Source of the DNA: an uncultured Chloroflexia bacterium
Lineage (GTDB): Bacteria > Chloroflexota > Limnocylindria > Limnocylindrales > CSP1-4
Direction of reading: 5' to 3'
DNA: 64,000 bases
Assembly: GCA_963720755.1 (NCBI GenBank)
Contig: CAVRGP010000002.1
Coordinates: forward strand, 256,001 to 320,000
Made by a program: the position numbers and the translations under genes. Positions 9,550-19,594 of this stretch are shown one piece after another. The notes beneath the pieces are model-generated. The model searched no databases and had not been told where the DNA came from. It saw only the letters and a list, made by a program, of their open reading frames with translations. Each line of letters opens with the position of its first letter. Position 1 is the stretch's first letter.

Positions 9550-10586
9550 TGTGGTTCACGAATAGGTTGTTGACAAGCGAGAGCCTCCCGAGGCTCGGTG
9601 TGGGTATCCAGCTCACAACCGACGGGAGACTCTCGTGGCACATCGTAGGGCGAAGCTGACGCTGCTCGGACGGCGTCTGCTGGTCGATCGGATCCTCATC
9701 GACGGGATGGCGGTGGCGCACGCCGCCGACATGGTCGGGGTCAGTCGTCAGACGGCCTGGAAATGGCTTCGCCGGTTCGAGGCGGAGGGACTCGCGGGTC
9801 TGGAGGACCGGTCCTCACGGCCGCACAGGTGTCCGCGGGCCCTGCCCCGGGCCACGGTCGATGCGATCGTGGCGGCTCGGCACGAGCACCGCTATGGACC
9901 CCATCGCCTCGCTCCCATCGTGGGCGTCCCGCGTTCGACCATCGGGGATGTCCTGATGCGTCTCGGGTTGTCCCGGCTGCGTGACCAGGATGGTCCGAGC
10001 GGCGTCCCGATCCGCTACGTCCGCGAGCGGCCCGGCGAGCTGCTCCACATGGACGTCAAGAAGCTGGGCCGGATCCCCGACGGTGGTGGACACCGGTTCC
10101 GTGGCCGGCAGACCGGCACACCGCGTTCCCGCGGAGCCGGATACGACTACCTGCACGTCGCGATCGACGACATGAGCCGCGTCGCATACGTCGGGGTCTT
10201 CGGTGACGAACGGGGCACGACGTGTGCCCGGTTCCTGCTCGACACGGCGGCGTTCTTCGCCGCGCGCGGGGTCCGGATCGAGCGGGTCCTGACCGACAAC
10301 GCCAAGAACTACACCCGGTCCCGGGCCTTCGCCGCGGCGATGTCGGAGATCGGGGCCCGGCACAAGCACACCCGGCCGTTCCGGCCCCAGACCAACGGCA
10401 AGGCCGAGCGCTTCAACGGCACCCTGGTCCGCGAGTGGGCCTACGTGCGACGCTACGACACCAATCGGGCCAGACTCGATACCCTGTCCGACTTCCTGAC
10501 CAACTACAACGAGCGACGCCCCCACGGATCGCTGAACGGACAGTCACCCATGACCGTCCTCGTCAACAACGTGTCCGGGAATCACA
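9550..10586 (+). mobile_element. IS481-family insertion sequence
   Basis: 25-bp terminal IRs TGTGGTTCACGAATAGGTTGTTGAC / TGTGATTCCCGGACACGTTGTTGAC (20/25); flanks TCTAGC and CCTAGC match the NCTAGN target. Confidence 0.93.
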
Positions 10587-10591
10587 CCTAG
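9635..10591 (+). CDS. IS481-family DDE transposase
   Basis: HTH N-terminus, LHMDVKKLGRI, VLTDNA, PQTNGKAERFN, YNERRPH. Confidence 0.95.
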   Translation: MAHRRAKLTLLGRRLLVDRILIDGMAVAHAADMVGVSRQTAWKWLRRFEAEGLAGLEDRSSRPHRCPRALPRATVDAIVAARHEHRYGPHRLAPIVGVPRSTIGDVLMRLGLSRLRDQDGPSGVPIRYVRERPGELLHMDVKKLGRIPDGGGHRFRGRQTGTPRSRGAGYDYLHVAIDDMSRVAYVGVFGDERGTTCARFLLDTAAFFAARGVRIERVLTDNAKNYTRSRAFAAAMSEIGARHKHTRPFRPQTNGKAERFNGTLVREWAYVRRYDTNRARLDTLSDFLTNYNERRPHGSLNGQSPMTVLVNNVSGNHT

Positions 10592-10989
10592 CGACCCCGT
10601 ATCGCCCGAACGAGCACCAGCCCGTACCCCGCGGCGATCCCAAGGAAGATCGCGAGGAAGCCCCAAGCGTTGAGCGAGGTCGCTGACTGGGAGTCCGTGA
10701 TGATCATCACCGCGATGAACAGGACCGTGAAGAGCGCCCAAGCCCCGCCGGCCATAGCGATGAGCGCCGCAACGACCCGCCCGAGCAGGCCACCGGTAAG
10801 AAGACCGACGGCGGCGACGACGCCCAGTCCCGCGAGGACGAACGGAAGGACCTCGATCGGGTTGCCGGAGATGTCCTCCATATGCCGTCGGCCCAGCGCC
10901 AGCCAGTACAGCCCGATGGCAGCGAGCGCGGTCAGCCACAGGGGCGGCCAACGTCGGCGGCGCTCGTTCGACCCATCCACCAGATACAC
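10588..10989 (-). CDS. Hypothetical integral membrane protein (about 4 TM)
   Basis: Four hydrophobic segments in 133 aa; stop codon is the CTAG of the IS target. Confidence 0.6.
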   Translation of the reverse strand: MYLVDGSNERRRRWPPLWLTALAAIGLYWLALGRRHMEDISGNPIEVLPFVLAGLGVVAAVGLLTGGLLGRVVAALIAMAGGAWALFTVLFIAVMIITDSQSATSLNAWGFLAIFLGIAAGYGLVLVRAIRGR

Positions 10990-11174
10990 CCCAGGCGAGG
11001 TCCCCGACTCTGTTCGGGCTACATCAACCTACCTTCGGCTGCTACGGGGGAGACGCACGAACGCATCGGTCCGTCACGGGCGCGGCTGGCGCGGACCGCT
11101 GATCACATGTAGCGGGTCGAGGACCGGGGCCACAGCCGAGAGCGAAGACTCAGTAGCCGAACCCCGGGCCAGCC

Positions 11175-11286
11175 GTCGTGAGGCCCGAGCGCGCCCGGAG
11201 CCACAAGCTCGGCGGCGTCGCTAACGGATCCCCCAGCGGCAACGAACGCCGCGAGCGCCTCGATCTGACGCTGCGTCGCCTTCGGC
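11175..11286 (-). pseudogene. Fragment of a small HTH protein with an internal deletion
   Basis: [28 protein letters not shown], then after a frame break LRARSGLTT. Confidence 0.45.
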
Positions 11287-11382
11287 GATCGAGCCGGACG
11301 TCGCGAAGCGCGTAGACCAACGCGCGATGCCGATTAGCAATACATCGTTGTTGTGCATCTGCTCAACCATTGTATTGCTGCC

Positions 11383-11796
11383 CACGTTGATGCGGTCCGT
11401 CTCGGACAGGGTCTCGTCGAGGGTGTGCTGGCCGACCACCTTGCGCAGGGTGGTCTGGGCGATCTGGTTGATGGCTGCGTTGACGTTCTCGATGGCCACC
11501 ACCGATTTCACTGCGTCGATCACCCGGAAATAGGCCACCGCGGACACATCGACGCTGACGTTGTCCCGCGTGATGATGCCCTGTGACTGGATCGGCATCG
11601 TCACGATGCGCAGCGAGACCCGGTGCAGCACATCGACGAACGGGATGATGAACCGCAAGCCCGGCTTGCGGACGCCGATGACTCGACCGAATCGGAACAG
11701 CACCCCGAGTTCGTACTGCTTGACGACACGGACGGCAAGTGCGGCAATGATCGCCACCACCGCAGCCACTCCGAGAACGATGATCCAGGTGTTCAT
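11383..11796 (-). pseudogene. SPFH/band 7 (slipin) protein truncated mid-domain
   Basis: [58 protein letters not shown], then unrelated sequence. Confidence 0.85.
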
Positions 11797-11943
11797 GATG
11801 ATGCTCCTCGGAAACGACGGTGAGTGAGCATCGCCGGCGCCTCCCGGTGACCGAGGAGCGGAGCGATCCGGGCGTCGACCCGAGCTCAACAGGCATGGTG
11901 TGCCCTCGCTCTCCACAGTCGCCGAGCAGCTGGATCCTTCACA

Positions 11944-11957
11944 GGGGCAAAGGTCCT
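11944..11957. promoter_or_regulatory. DosR/DevR-box-like site upstream of the SPFH gene
   Basis: GGGGCAAAGGTCCT vs core GGGNCNWWNGNCCC. Confidence 0.35.
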
Positions 11958-11991
11958 GACAGCTCGGCCACCCCGGCCGGCCACCGGGTGG

Positions 11992-12756
11992 TCACCCCTG
12001 CGGCGCGTTCCGGCCCCGGCCGGCCCGGCGGCCGGCCGGTGGCAGCGCGTGCAGTCGCAGCAGGGCGGCCTCGAGGTGCTCGACCGACAGCGCCGGAACG
12101 GACAGCGGTGTCGGCGTCGGCCTGGACACCCGGAGCCCGTCGATGACGACGCCGAGCATCCGGCGCCAGAGCTCAGGCTGATCGGGGCCGGCGAAATCGG
12201 CGGCGGTTTGCACCGACATGGTCAACAGGGGCAGATCGGTCGCCTCGATGTCCGGACGCAGCACCCCCGCCAACTGCGCCCGTCGGACGAGATCAGCTGT
12301 CAATGAATGGATCTCACTCCGAATCTGGGCAACCTGAGCGGTCAGCCGGTGCTGCCTGTCGTTGGTCGCGCAGGACGGCGTTGGTGTCCCGCGCAGCACC
12401 AGATCACGCAGTCCGTGATCGCCGACCATCATTGCGGTGGTCTCCTCCAGGAAGTACACCAGCGCGCGCCACGGGTCGTCGATGGCGGCGGCCGCGGTGG
12501 CCACGCTCACCACCTCGGCGAGGCGGGAACGGAAGAGTTCTTCGATCAGTTCGTCCTTGGTCGCGAACCGGCGGTACACGGTGCCGACACCGACACCGGC
12601 CTGCCGCGCGACGTCGGCCAGTTTCGCGTCCAGGCCCTTCTCGGCGAAAACGACCTTGGCGGCGGCGAGCACCCGGTCCAGGTTCGCCCGGGCATCGCTG
12701 CGCAGGCGCTCCGTGTCCCGCTGCGCACCGGCGGGCTCGGACGTCGTTGTCGGCAT
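11992..12756 (-). CDS. TetR/AcrR family regulator
   Basis: LRSDARANLDRVLAAA...ADVARQAGVGVGTVYRRFATKDEL; probable leaderless start (TATCCT-N6-ATG). Confidence 0.92.
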   Translation of the reverse strand: MPTTTSEPAGAQRDTERLRSDARANLDRVLAAAKVVFAEKGLDAKLADVARQAGVGVGTVYRRFATKDELIEELFRSRLAEVVSVATAAAAIDDPWRALVYFLEETTAMMVGDHGLRDLVLRGTPTPSCATNDRQHRLTAQVAQIRSEIHSLTADLVRRAQLAGVLRPDIEATDLPLLTMSVQTAADFAGPDQPELWRRMLGVVIDGLRVSRPTPTPLSVPALSVEHLEAALLRLHALPPAGRRAGRGRNAPQG

Positions 12757-12777
12757 GGTCACAGGATATCGCACAAC

Positions 12778-12830
12778 CGGAACAAGCAGTTCCGTTTGAG
12801 GCTATGCTCTATTCGGAACCGCTGGTTCCG
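12778..12830. promoter_or_regulatory. Two TetR operators flanking a -10 box
   Basis: CGGAAC-N5-GTTCCG at 12778-12794 and 12814-12830; TATGCT at 12803-12808. Confidence 0.75.
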
Positions 12831-12884
12831 CTTACTGCCGGACGGCGTTGTCGGCCACCCCACGTACACCCCGAGGACGGATCC

Positions 12885-14410
12885 ATGACTGACATCGACC
12901 TGCGGCAGGCCCCGGCCGCCCCCGCTTCCGGAAACCGGCGCTGGCTGATCCTGGCCGTGCTGGCCATCGCCCAGCTGATGGTGGTGCTGGACGCGACCAT
13001 CGTGAACATCGCCCTGCCACAGGCCCAGGAGGCGCTGGGCTTCACCGACGGACAGCGGCAATGGGTGGTGACCGCCTACTCGCTGGCCTTCGGCAGCCTG
13101 TTGTTGCTCGGCGGTCGGATCAACGACCTCTTCGGACGCAAACGCTCCTTCATCGTCGGGCTGGTCGGATTCGCCGTCGCGTCCGCCATCGGGGGCTGGA
13201 GCCCGAACTTCGAGGTGCTGGTGACCGCCCGCGCCCTGCAGGGCGTTTTCGGTGCATTGCTGGCCCCCGCCGCCCTGTCGTTGATGACCGTGACCTTCGC
13301 CGGCTCGCCGGACGGTCCAAGGCCTTCGGCATCTACGGCGCCATCTCCGGCGCCGGGGCCGCAGTCGGCCTGCTGCTCGGCGGTTTGCTGACCGAGTACC
13401 TGTCCTGGCACTGGTGCCTGTACGTCAACGTGGTGTTCGCCGTCATCGCCCTGGTCGGTGCCGCGCTGTGCCTGCCGCGGCACGAGAAAGACGCAGAGGC
13501 AAAGACTCTCGACAGGAAGGGCGCCATCCTGGTGACCGCGGGGTTGTTCTTCCTGGTGTACGGGTTCTCCAGCTCGGAATCCAACGGCTGGGGCGACGCG
13601 CTGACCGTGTCGTTCCTGACGATCGGCGTCGCGCTGCTGGCGCTGTTCACCTGGGTGCAGTCGAAGGTCGCCCACCCGTTGCTGCCGCTGCGGATCCTGA
13701 CCGACCGGATGCGTGGCACGTCCTACCTGGTGATGCTGATTTCCGCGATCGGCATGTTCGGCATCTTTCTGTTCCTGACCTACTACCTGCAGTCCACACT
13801 GGGTTACACCCCGATCGAGACCGGCCTGGCCTTCCTGCCGATGGTCGGTGCGTTGGCGAGCACCGCGGCGGTCTGCGGTTCGGTGCTCGCCGCCCGGGTC
13901 AGCCCGAAGATCCTGGTCTCCGCGGGGCTCGCGGTGGCCGCACTCGGGATGGTGCTGCTGACCACGATCGCCGTTGACAGCAACTATTTGACCGGCATCC
14001 TGCCGGGGCTGCTGGTCGTCGGCGTCGGGCTGGGTGCGGTGTTCTCCAACGCGATGGGGCTGGCGACCCTGGGCGTCGATGCGGATGACGCGGGCGTCGC
14101 CTCGGCGACGGTCAACACCGCGCAACAGGTTGGCGGCTCGATCGGCATCGCGCTGCTCAGCAGCGTGGCCGCGTCCGCCGCGACCGGCTACGTCGCCGAC
14201 AACCCGCCGACGGCCGAGCAGCTGGCCGCGGCGGGTGGTCAGAGCGCGTTCGCCCAGCAACTGGCCGACGGCGCCACGATTGCCAGCTACCACACCGCCT
14301 TCTGGTGGGCCGCGGCGTTCTTCGCCGTGGGTGCCGTGCTGGCCGCGGTGCTCTACCGCAACGAGATCCCGGCCGCCGATCCGGACGCGGTGCCCGTGCT
14401 GGCGCACTGA
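12885..14410 (+). CDS. DHA2 (14-TM) MFS drug efflux transporter (frameshift ~13310)
   Basis: AQLMVVLDATIVNIALP, LGGRINDLFGRKR, GLLTEYLSWHW; divergent from TetR. Confidence 0.92.
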
Positions 14411-14417
14411 TTGCGCC

Positions 14418-14470
14418 GCAGGAGGCGCTGACCCGGGCGGCCCTTACCCGGCGCGGGTCAGCGCCCCTGC
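14418..14470. terminator. Stem-loop between convergent MFS and helicase genes
   Basis: GGCGCTGACCCG ... CGGGTCAGCGCC inverted repeat. Confidence 0.5.
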
Positions 14471-16801
14471 ACTGAACGCGTCGACGACCATACCCAGCAC
14501 GATCACCGCGCCGGCCTTGTCCAGGGGTTGGTTTCCGTTGCCGCACTTGGGGGATTGCACGCAGGACGGACAGCCGGATTCGCACGGGCAGTCGGCGACC
14601 GCGCGGCGGACGGCGTCGAGCCAGTCGCGCAACACCGCGTGGCCGCGGTCGGCGAATCCGGCGCCGCCCGGGTAGCCGTCATAGACGATGACGGTCGGTT
14701 CCCCGGTGTCGGCGTGGGCGGCCGTCGACAGTCCGCCGATGTCCCACCGATCGCAGCCGGCGAACAGCGGCAACAGCCCGATCGCGGCGTGCTCGGCGGC
14801 GTGCAGCGCACCGGGCACCCTGGCCTCGGCGACACCGGCGGCGATCAGCGTGTCGAGCGCGATCGTGTACCAGACCGCTCTGGTGTGCAGGGTGTGCCGG
14901 GGCATGTCGAGCCCGATCACGTCGAGCAGTTCACCGTCCGGTCGGCGCCGGAGGTAGCCGACCACCTGCTCGGTGACCTCGACCGGACCGACCCCCACCC
15001 GCACCCCGCCCGGGTACCGGTCCTCGCGATGCACCGAGGACATCGACACCGTGGAATGGGAGCGGGCGATGGTCGACCACTCGGGGCGCTCCGGCCGGAC
15101 CAGCGCGACCCCGGTGTGCAGGTCCAGGTCCTGCACCACGTAGCTCTCGCCGCGGTGCAGGTGCACCGCACCGGAGTGCACCGCCGACGGGGCGCGGTGC
15201 AGGTCGACGGTGCCGAGCAATCGGGCGGTGTCCTGGTCGACGATGGCCACCTGGCCGCCACCGCCGCCGCGCAGATTCACCGCATCGGCCGGGTGACCCG
15301 GTTCGGCCCAGAACCAGCCCGTCGGCCGACGCCGAAGCACCTGACGGTCGACCAGATCGTCCAGCAGTGGTTCGATCGCCGGGCCACCGAACTGGCCGAG
15401 GTCGCCGGGCGTCAGGTGTCGTTCGGCGGCGGCGCAGGCCAGGTGCGGTCCCAGGATGTACGGGTTGGTGGGGTCGGTGACGGCCAGCTCCACCGGGCGG
15501 CCGAACACCGTCTCCGGGTGGTGCACCAGGTAGGTGTCCAACGGATCGTCGCGAGCGATGAACACCACGAGGGCGCGTTCCCCGGAATCGGCCCGCCGGC
15601 CGGCCCGGCCCGCCTGCTGCCAGACCGAGGCCAGCGTCCCCGGGTAGCCGGCCAGGATCGCGACGTCCAGCCCGGCGATGTCGATCCCCAGTTCCAGTGC
15701 ATTGGTCGACGCGAGTCCGAGCAGCTCCCCGGAATCCAGCGCACGTTCCAGCTCCCGTCGTTCTTCCGGCAGATAGCCGCCGCGGTAGGCCGCCACCCGG
15801 CCGACCAGGCCGGGTGCCAGCTCGGCCAGTCGGCGTTGCGCCGACAGGGCGGTCTGCTCCGCGCCGTGCCGGGACCGGACGAAGGTCAGCGTCCGAGCCC
15901 CGGCCGCGACCAGTTCGGCCATCATCCGGGCAGCCTCGGCGGGTGCCGAGCGGCGGGCCTGGCTCCCGTCGGAACCGGCCGGGCCGGTGCCCGGTTCCCA
16001 GAGCACGAAGTCGGCGCCCGCCCGCGGAGCCCCGTCGTCGGTGATGGCCTGCACGGGCCGGCCGATCAACCGGCCGGCCGAGGTCTGCGGGTCGGCGGTG
16101 GTCGCCGAGGCCAGGATGAACACCGGCTCCGATCCGTACATCCGCGCAAGCCGGGTCAACCGGCGCAGCACCAGTGCCACGTGCGAACCGAAAACACCGC
16201 GGTAGGAATGACACTCGTCGACCACCACATAGGCCAGCCGGCGTAGCACCCTGGCCCAGCGGGCGTGCCCGGGCAGCAGCCCGCGGTGCAGCATGTCCGG
16301 ATTGGTCAGCAGCCAGTTCGCGTGCGCCCTGGCCCAGTCCCGGTCGGGCATCGAGGAGTCCCCGTCATAGACCGCCGGCCGGAGGCCGGGCAGTCCGAGC
16401 GACTCCAGGGACTCCAGCTGATCGGCGGCCAGCGCCTTGGTGGGGGACAGGTACAGCACGCAGGACTTCGGGTTGTCCAGCACGGCCGCGAGGCCGGGAA
16501 GCTGATAGGCCAGGGACTTCCCGGACGCCGTCCCGGTCGCCAGCACCACATCGTGACCGGCGTGGGCAAGCTCGGCGGCCTGAGCCTGATGGGTCCAGGG
16601 GCGATTGACGCCCCGGGCCGCGAACACCTCCCGGGCGGCCTGCGGCACCCACTCCGGCCAGGGGGCGGACCGGCCGGGACGCCACGGCATCTGCTCCACA
16701 TGGGTGATCGACGGTGTGACTGACATCACTGTGGGGGCGCTGCACCGATTCAGCACTTCGAGCAGCCCGCGAGGATCTGCCCAGGCATCCGGTGACGTCA
16801 C
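14444..16801 (-). CDS. DEAD/DEAH-box helicase with DUF1998 (SftH/MrfA/Hrq1-like)
   Basis: TGTASGKS, DECH, SAT, QQAGRAGR, C-terminal CPCESGCPSC; start approximate. Confidence 0.92.
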   Translation of the reverse strand: MTSPDAWADPRGLLEVLNRCSAPTVMSVTPSITHVEQMPWRPGRSAPWPEWVPQAAREVFAARGVNRPWTHQAQAAELAHAGHDVVLATGTASGKSLAYQLPGLAAVLDNPKSCVLYLSPTKALAADQLESLESLGLPGLRPAVYDGDSSMPDRDWARAHANWLLTNPDMLHRGLLPGHARWARVLRRLAYVVVDECHSYRGVFGSHVALVLRRLTRLARMYGSEPVFILASATTADPQTSAGRLIGRPVQAITDDGAPRAGADFVLWEPGTGPAGSDGSQARRSAPAEAARMMAELVAAGARTLTFVRSRHGAEQTALSAQRRLAELAPGLVGRVAAYRGGYLPEERRELERALDSGELLGLASTNALELGIDIAGLDVAILAGYPGTLASVWQQAGRAGRRADSGERALVVFIARDDPLDTYLVHHPETVFGRPVELAVTDPTNPYILGPHLACAAAERHLTPGDLGQFGGPAIEPLLDDLVDRQVLRRRPTGWFWAEPGHPADAVNLRGGGGGQVAIVDQDTARLLGTVDLHRAPSAVHSGAVHLHRGESYVVQDLDLHTGVALVRPERPEWSTIARSHSTVSMSSVHREDRYPGGVRVGVGPVEVTEQVVGYLRRRPDGELLDVIGLDMPRHTLHTRAVWYTIALDTLIAAGVAEARVPGALHAAEHAAIGLLPLFAGCDRWDIGGLSTAAHADTGEPTVIVYDGYPGGAGFADRGHAVLRDWLDAVRRAVADCPCESGCPSCVQSPKCGNGNQPLDKAGAVIVLGMVVDAFSAGALTRAG

Positions 16802-17008
16802 TGTTCCATTGTCCCGCCGCCCACCGACAAAGGATCGCAAGCGCCTTCCGCGGGCCGGTACGGGCGCGGTCGGTAGGAGGCGGCTGATCGGTGCTTTACA
16901 GTACGGATCGTCACGTCGGGTCACCGGCGGGCGACGCGTTCGACCAGCGCCGGTCCGCAGCGAGTTGACCGGTCCGAGTAAATGCCCCTCGCATGGATCA
17001 GGAGCTCG

Positions 17009-19303
17009 ATGTCAGTCCAGAGTGCCGCCGAAATTGTCGTTACCGGCAGTGATCAAGCAATCGTCATCGGAGTGGCCGTCATCGCGTTGATCGCGCTGGT
17101 CATTGCGTTCGTGCTGCGGGCCGGGGTACTGGCCGCCGGCCAGGGCACCCCCAAGATGCAGGAGATCTCGGGCGCCGTCCAAGAGGGTGCGGCCGCCTAC
17201 CTGACGCGCCAGTTCCGCACCCTCGGCATCTTCGTCGTGATCGTCTTCGTGCTGCTGTTCGCGTTGCCCGCGACGAACACCGGCGAGCGGATCGGCCGGT
17301 CGATCTTCTTCCTGGTCGGTGCGCTGTTCTCCGCCACCATCGGTTACCTGGGTATGTGGCTCGCCACCCGGGCCAATGTCCGGGTGGCCGCAGCCGCCAA
17401 CGGCGACGGCGGCCGGGAGAAGGCGATGCAGATCGCCTTCCGCACCGGCGGCGCCGTCGGCCTGGCCACCACCGGCCTCGGCCTGCTCGGTGCCTCCGTC
17501 GTCGTCCTGGTCTACGTGGCCGAGGCGCCGAAGGTGTTGGAGGGCTTCGGTTTCGGCGCCGCGTTGCTCGCCATGTTCATGCGGGTCGGCGGTGGCATCT
17601 TCACCAAGGCCGCTGACGTCGGCGCTGACCTGGTCGGCAAGGTGGAGAAGGGCATTCCGGAGGACGACCCCCGCAACGCCGCCACCATCGCCGACAACGT
17701 CGGTGACAACGTCGGTGACTGCGCCGGCATGGCGGCCGACCTGTTCGAGTCCTACGCGGTCACCCTGGTTGCCTCGCTCATCCTGGGGAGCTCCGCGTTC
17801 GGGGTGAAGGGCCTGATCTTCCCGCTGATCGTCCCGGCGATCGGGGTGCTCACCGCCATCGTCGGCGTCTACATCACCAAGGCCAAGGTCGGCGAGCCCG
17901 GCCTGGTCACCATCAACCGGTCCTTCTACATCTCCGCCGCCATCTCCGCCGTGCTCTGCGGGGTCGCCGCCTTCAGCTACCTGCCCACGACCTTCGCGGC
18001 CCTGAATGTCGAAGCGGTTGCCGGACAGTCGGGCAACCCCGCGCTGATCGCCACCATCGCCGTGATCATCGGCATCGTCCTCGCCGGCGTCATCCTGTGG
18101 CTGACCGGCTACTTCACCGGCACCGAGACCAAGCCCACCAAGGACGTCGCCAAGTCCTCGCTGACCGGCGCCGCCACCGTCATCCTCGCCGGCATCTCCG
18201 TCGGCTTCGAGTCGGCCGTGTACACCGCGCTCGTCATCGCCGCCGCCGTCTACGGCGCGTTCCTGCTCTCCGGATCGATCCTGGTCGGGCTGTTCGCCAT
18301 CGCGCTGGCCGGTTGCGGCCTGCTGACCACCGTCGGCGTCATCGTCGCGATGGACACGTTCGGGCCCGTCTCGGACAACGCCCAGGGCGTCGCCGAGATG
18401 AGCGGCGAGGTGTCCGCCGAAGGTGCGCGGATCCTCACCGAGCTCGACGCGGTGGGCAACACCACCAAGGCCATCACCAAGGGCATCGCGATCGCAACCG
18501 CCGTGCTGGCCGCCACCGCACTGTTCGGGTCGTACTCCGACGCCATCACCCAGGCGCTGATCTCCGCCGGCGACACCGCCACCCTGGCGGCCAGCGGGAT
18601 GAACTCCTTCATCACCACGGTGGTCTCGCCCGGAACCCTGGTCGGCATGCTGCTCGGGTCGGCCGTGGTGTTCCTGTTCTCCGGGCTGGCGGTCAACGCG
18701 GTCGCCCGGGCGGCGGGCGCCGTCGTGATGGAGGTCCGCCGGCAGTTCCGGGAGATCCCCGGCATCATGGAGGGCATCAACAAGCCGGAATACGGCAAGG
18801 TCGTCGACATCGTGACCCGCGACTCATTGCGCGAACTGGCCACGCCGGGGCTGCTGGCGGTCTTCGCGCCGATCGCCGTGGGCTTCGGTCTCGGCGTCGG
18901 CCCACTGGCGGGTTACCTGGCCGGCACCATCGCGACCGGCACCCTGATGGCAGTCTTCCTGGCCAACTCCGGCGGGGCCTGGGACAACGCGAAGAAGATC
19001 GTCGAGGACGGCACGCACGGCGGCAAGGGTTCACCGGCGCACGAGGCCACCATCATCGGTGACACCGTCGGTGACCCGTTCAAGGACACCGCCGGCCCCG
19101 CGATCAACCCGCTGCTCAAGGTGATGAACCTGGTGGCGCTGCTGATCGCGCCGGCCATCGTCGGACTGTCGGTGGGTTCCTCGGAGAGCGGACCCATCCG
19201 ATACGGCATCTCCGCGATCTCGGTGCTGATCATCGTTGGCGCGGTGATCGTCTCCAAGCGGCGGGAATCCTCCCTGCACGCCGAGGAACCGCAGCACGCC
19301 TAG
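17009..19303 (+). CDS. hppA: Membrane-bound pyrophosphatase, K+-independent H+-pumping type
   Basis: DVGADLVGKVE, DNVGDNVGD, GNTTKA (Lys at the K+-determining site), GDTVGDPFKDT; RBS AGGAG. Confidence 0.95.
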   Translation: MSVQSAAEIVVTGSDQAIVIGVAVIALIALVIAFVLRAGVLAAGQGTPKMQEISGAVQEGAAAYLTRQFRTLGIFVVIVFVLLFALPATNTGERIGRSIFFLVGALFSATIGYLGMWLATRANVRVAAAANGDGGREKAMQIAFRTGGAVGLATTGLGLLGASVVVLVYVAEAPKVLEGFGFGAALLAMFMRVGGGIFTKAADVGADLVGKVEKGIPEDDPRNAATIADNVGDNVGDCAGMAADLFESYAVTLVASLILGSSAFGVKGLIFPLIVPAIGVLTAIVGVYITKAKVGEPGLVTINRSFYISAAISAVLCGVAAFSYLPTTFAALNVEAVAGQSGNPALIATIAVIIGIVLAGVILWLTGYFTGTETKPTKDVAKSSLTGAATVILAGISVGFESAVYTALVIAAAVYGAFLLSGSILVGLFAIALAGCGLLTTVGVIVAMDTFGPVSDNAQGVAEMSGEVSAEGARILTELDAVGNTTKAITKGIAIATAVLAATALFGSYSDAITQALISAGDTATLAASGMNSFITTVVSPGTLVGMLLGSAVVFLFSGLAVNAVARAAGAVVMEVRRQFREIPGIMEGINKPEYGKVVDIVTRDSLRELATPGLLAVFAPIAVGFGLGVGPLAGYLAGTIATGTLMAVFLANSGGAWDNAKKIVEDGTHGGKGSPAHEATIIGDTVGDPFKDTAGPAINPLLKVMNLVALLIAPAIVGLSVGSSESGPIRYGISAISVLIIVGAVIVSKRRESSLHAEEPQHA

Positions 19304-19380
19304 TCGGCCGCGACGAATCGTCTGCCGGCGGAGGTCGCGATTCACGGCAGCGGCGGGCCGATAGATGTCGTGATGTCCAC

Positions 19381-19416
19381 TGGCGAGGGCGCCCCATTCG
19401 GGGATTGCCCTCGCCA
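19381..19416 (+). terminator. Stem-loop downstream of hppA
   Basis: TGGCGAGGGC ... GCCCTCGCCA 10-bp stem. Confidence 0.5.
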
Positions 19417-19594
19417 CTGGCGTTTTCGGCGGGGTGAGACGCCCATCTGGGCGGTACCGTCAACCGGTCCGGGGGACGTGCAGGGAGCGGCTTTCGTCGC
19501 GCCGACTGCGCGCCTCGGCGACAGGGGGCCGAATTCGCGCAGGCCTGTGCCGTTCAACAGCGCGGCCAGGGCCGCGCCCAGGGAGGACAACCGG

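Noticed and set aside
14444-16801. DUF1998 helicase as DISARM DrmAB or another defence system
   Set aside because: Single SftH/MrfA-type polypeptide in conserved housekeeping context, without methylase, DrmC or DrmD partners.
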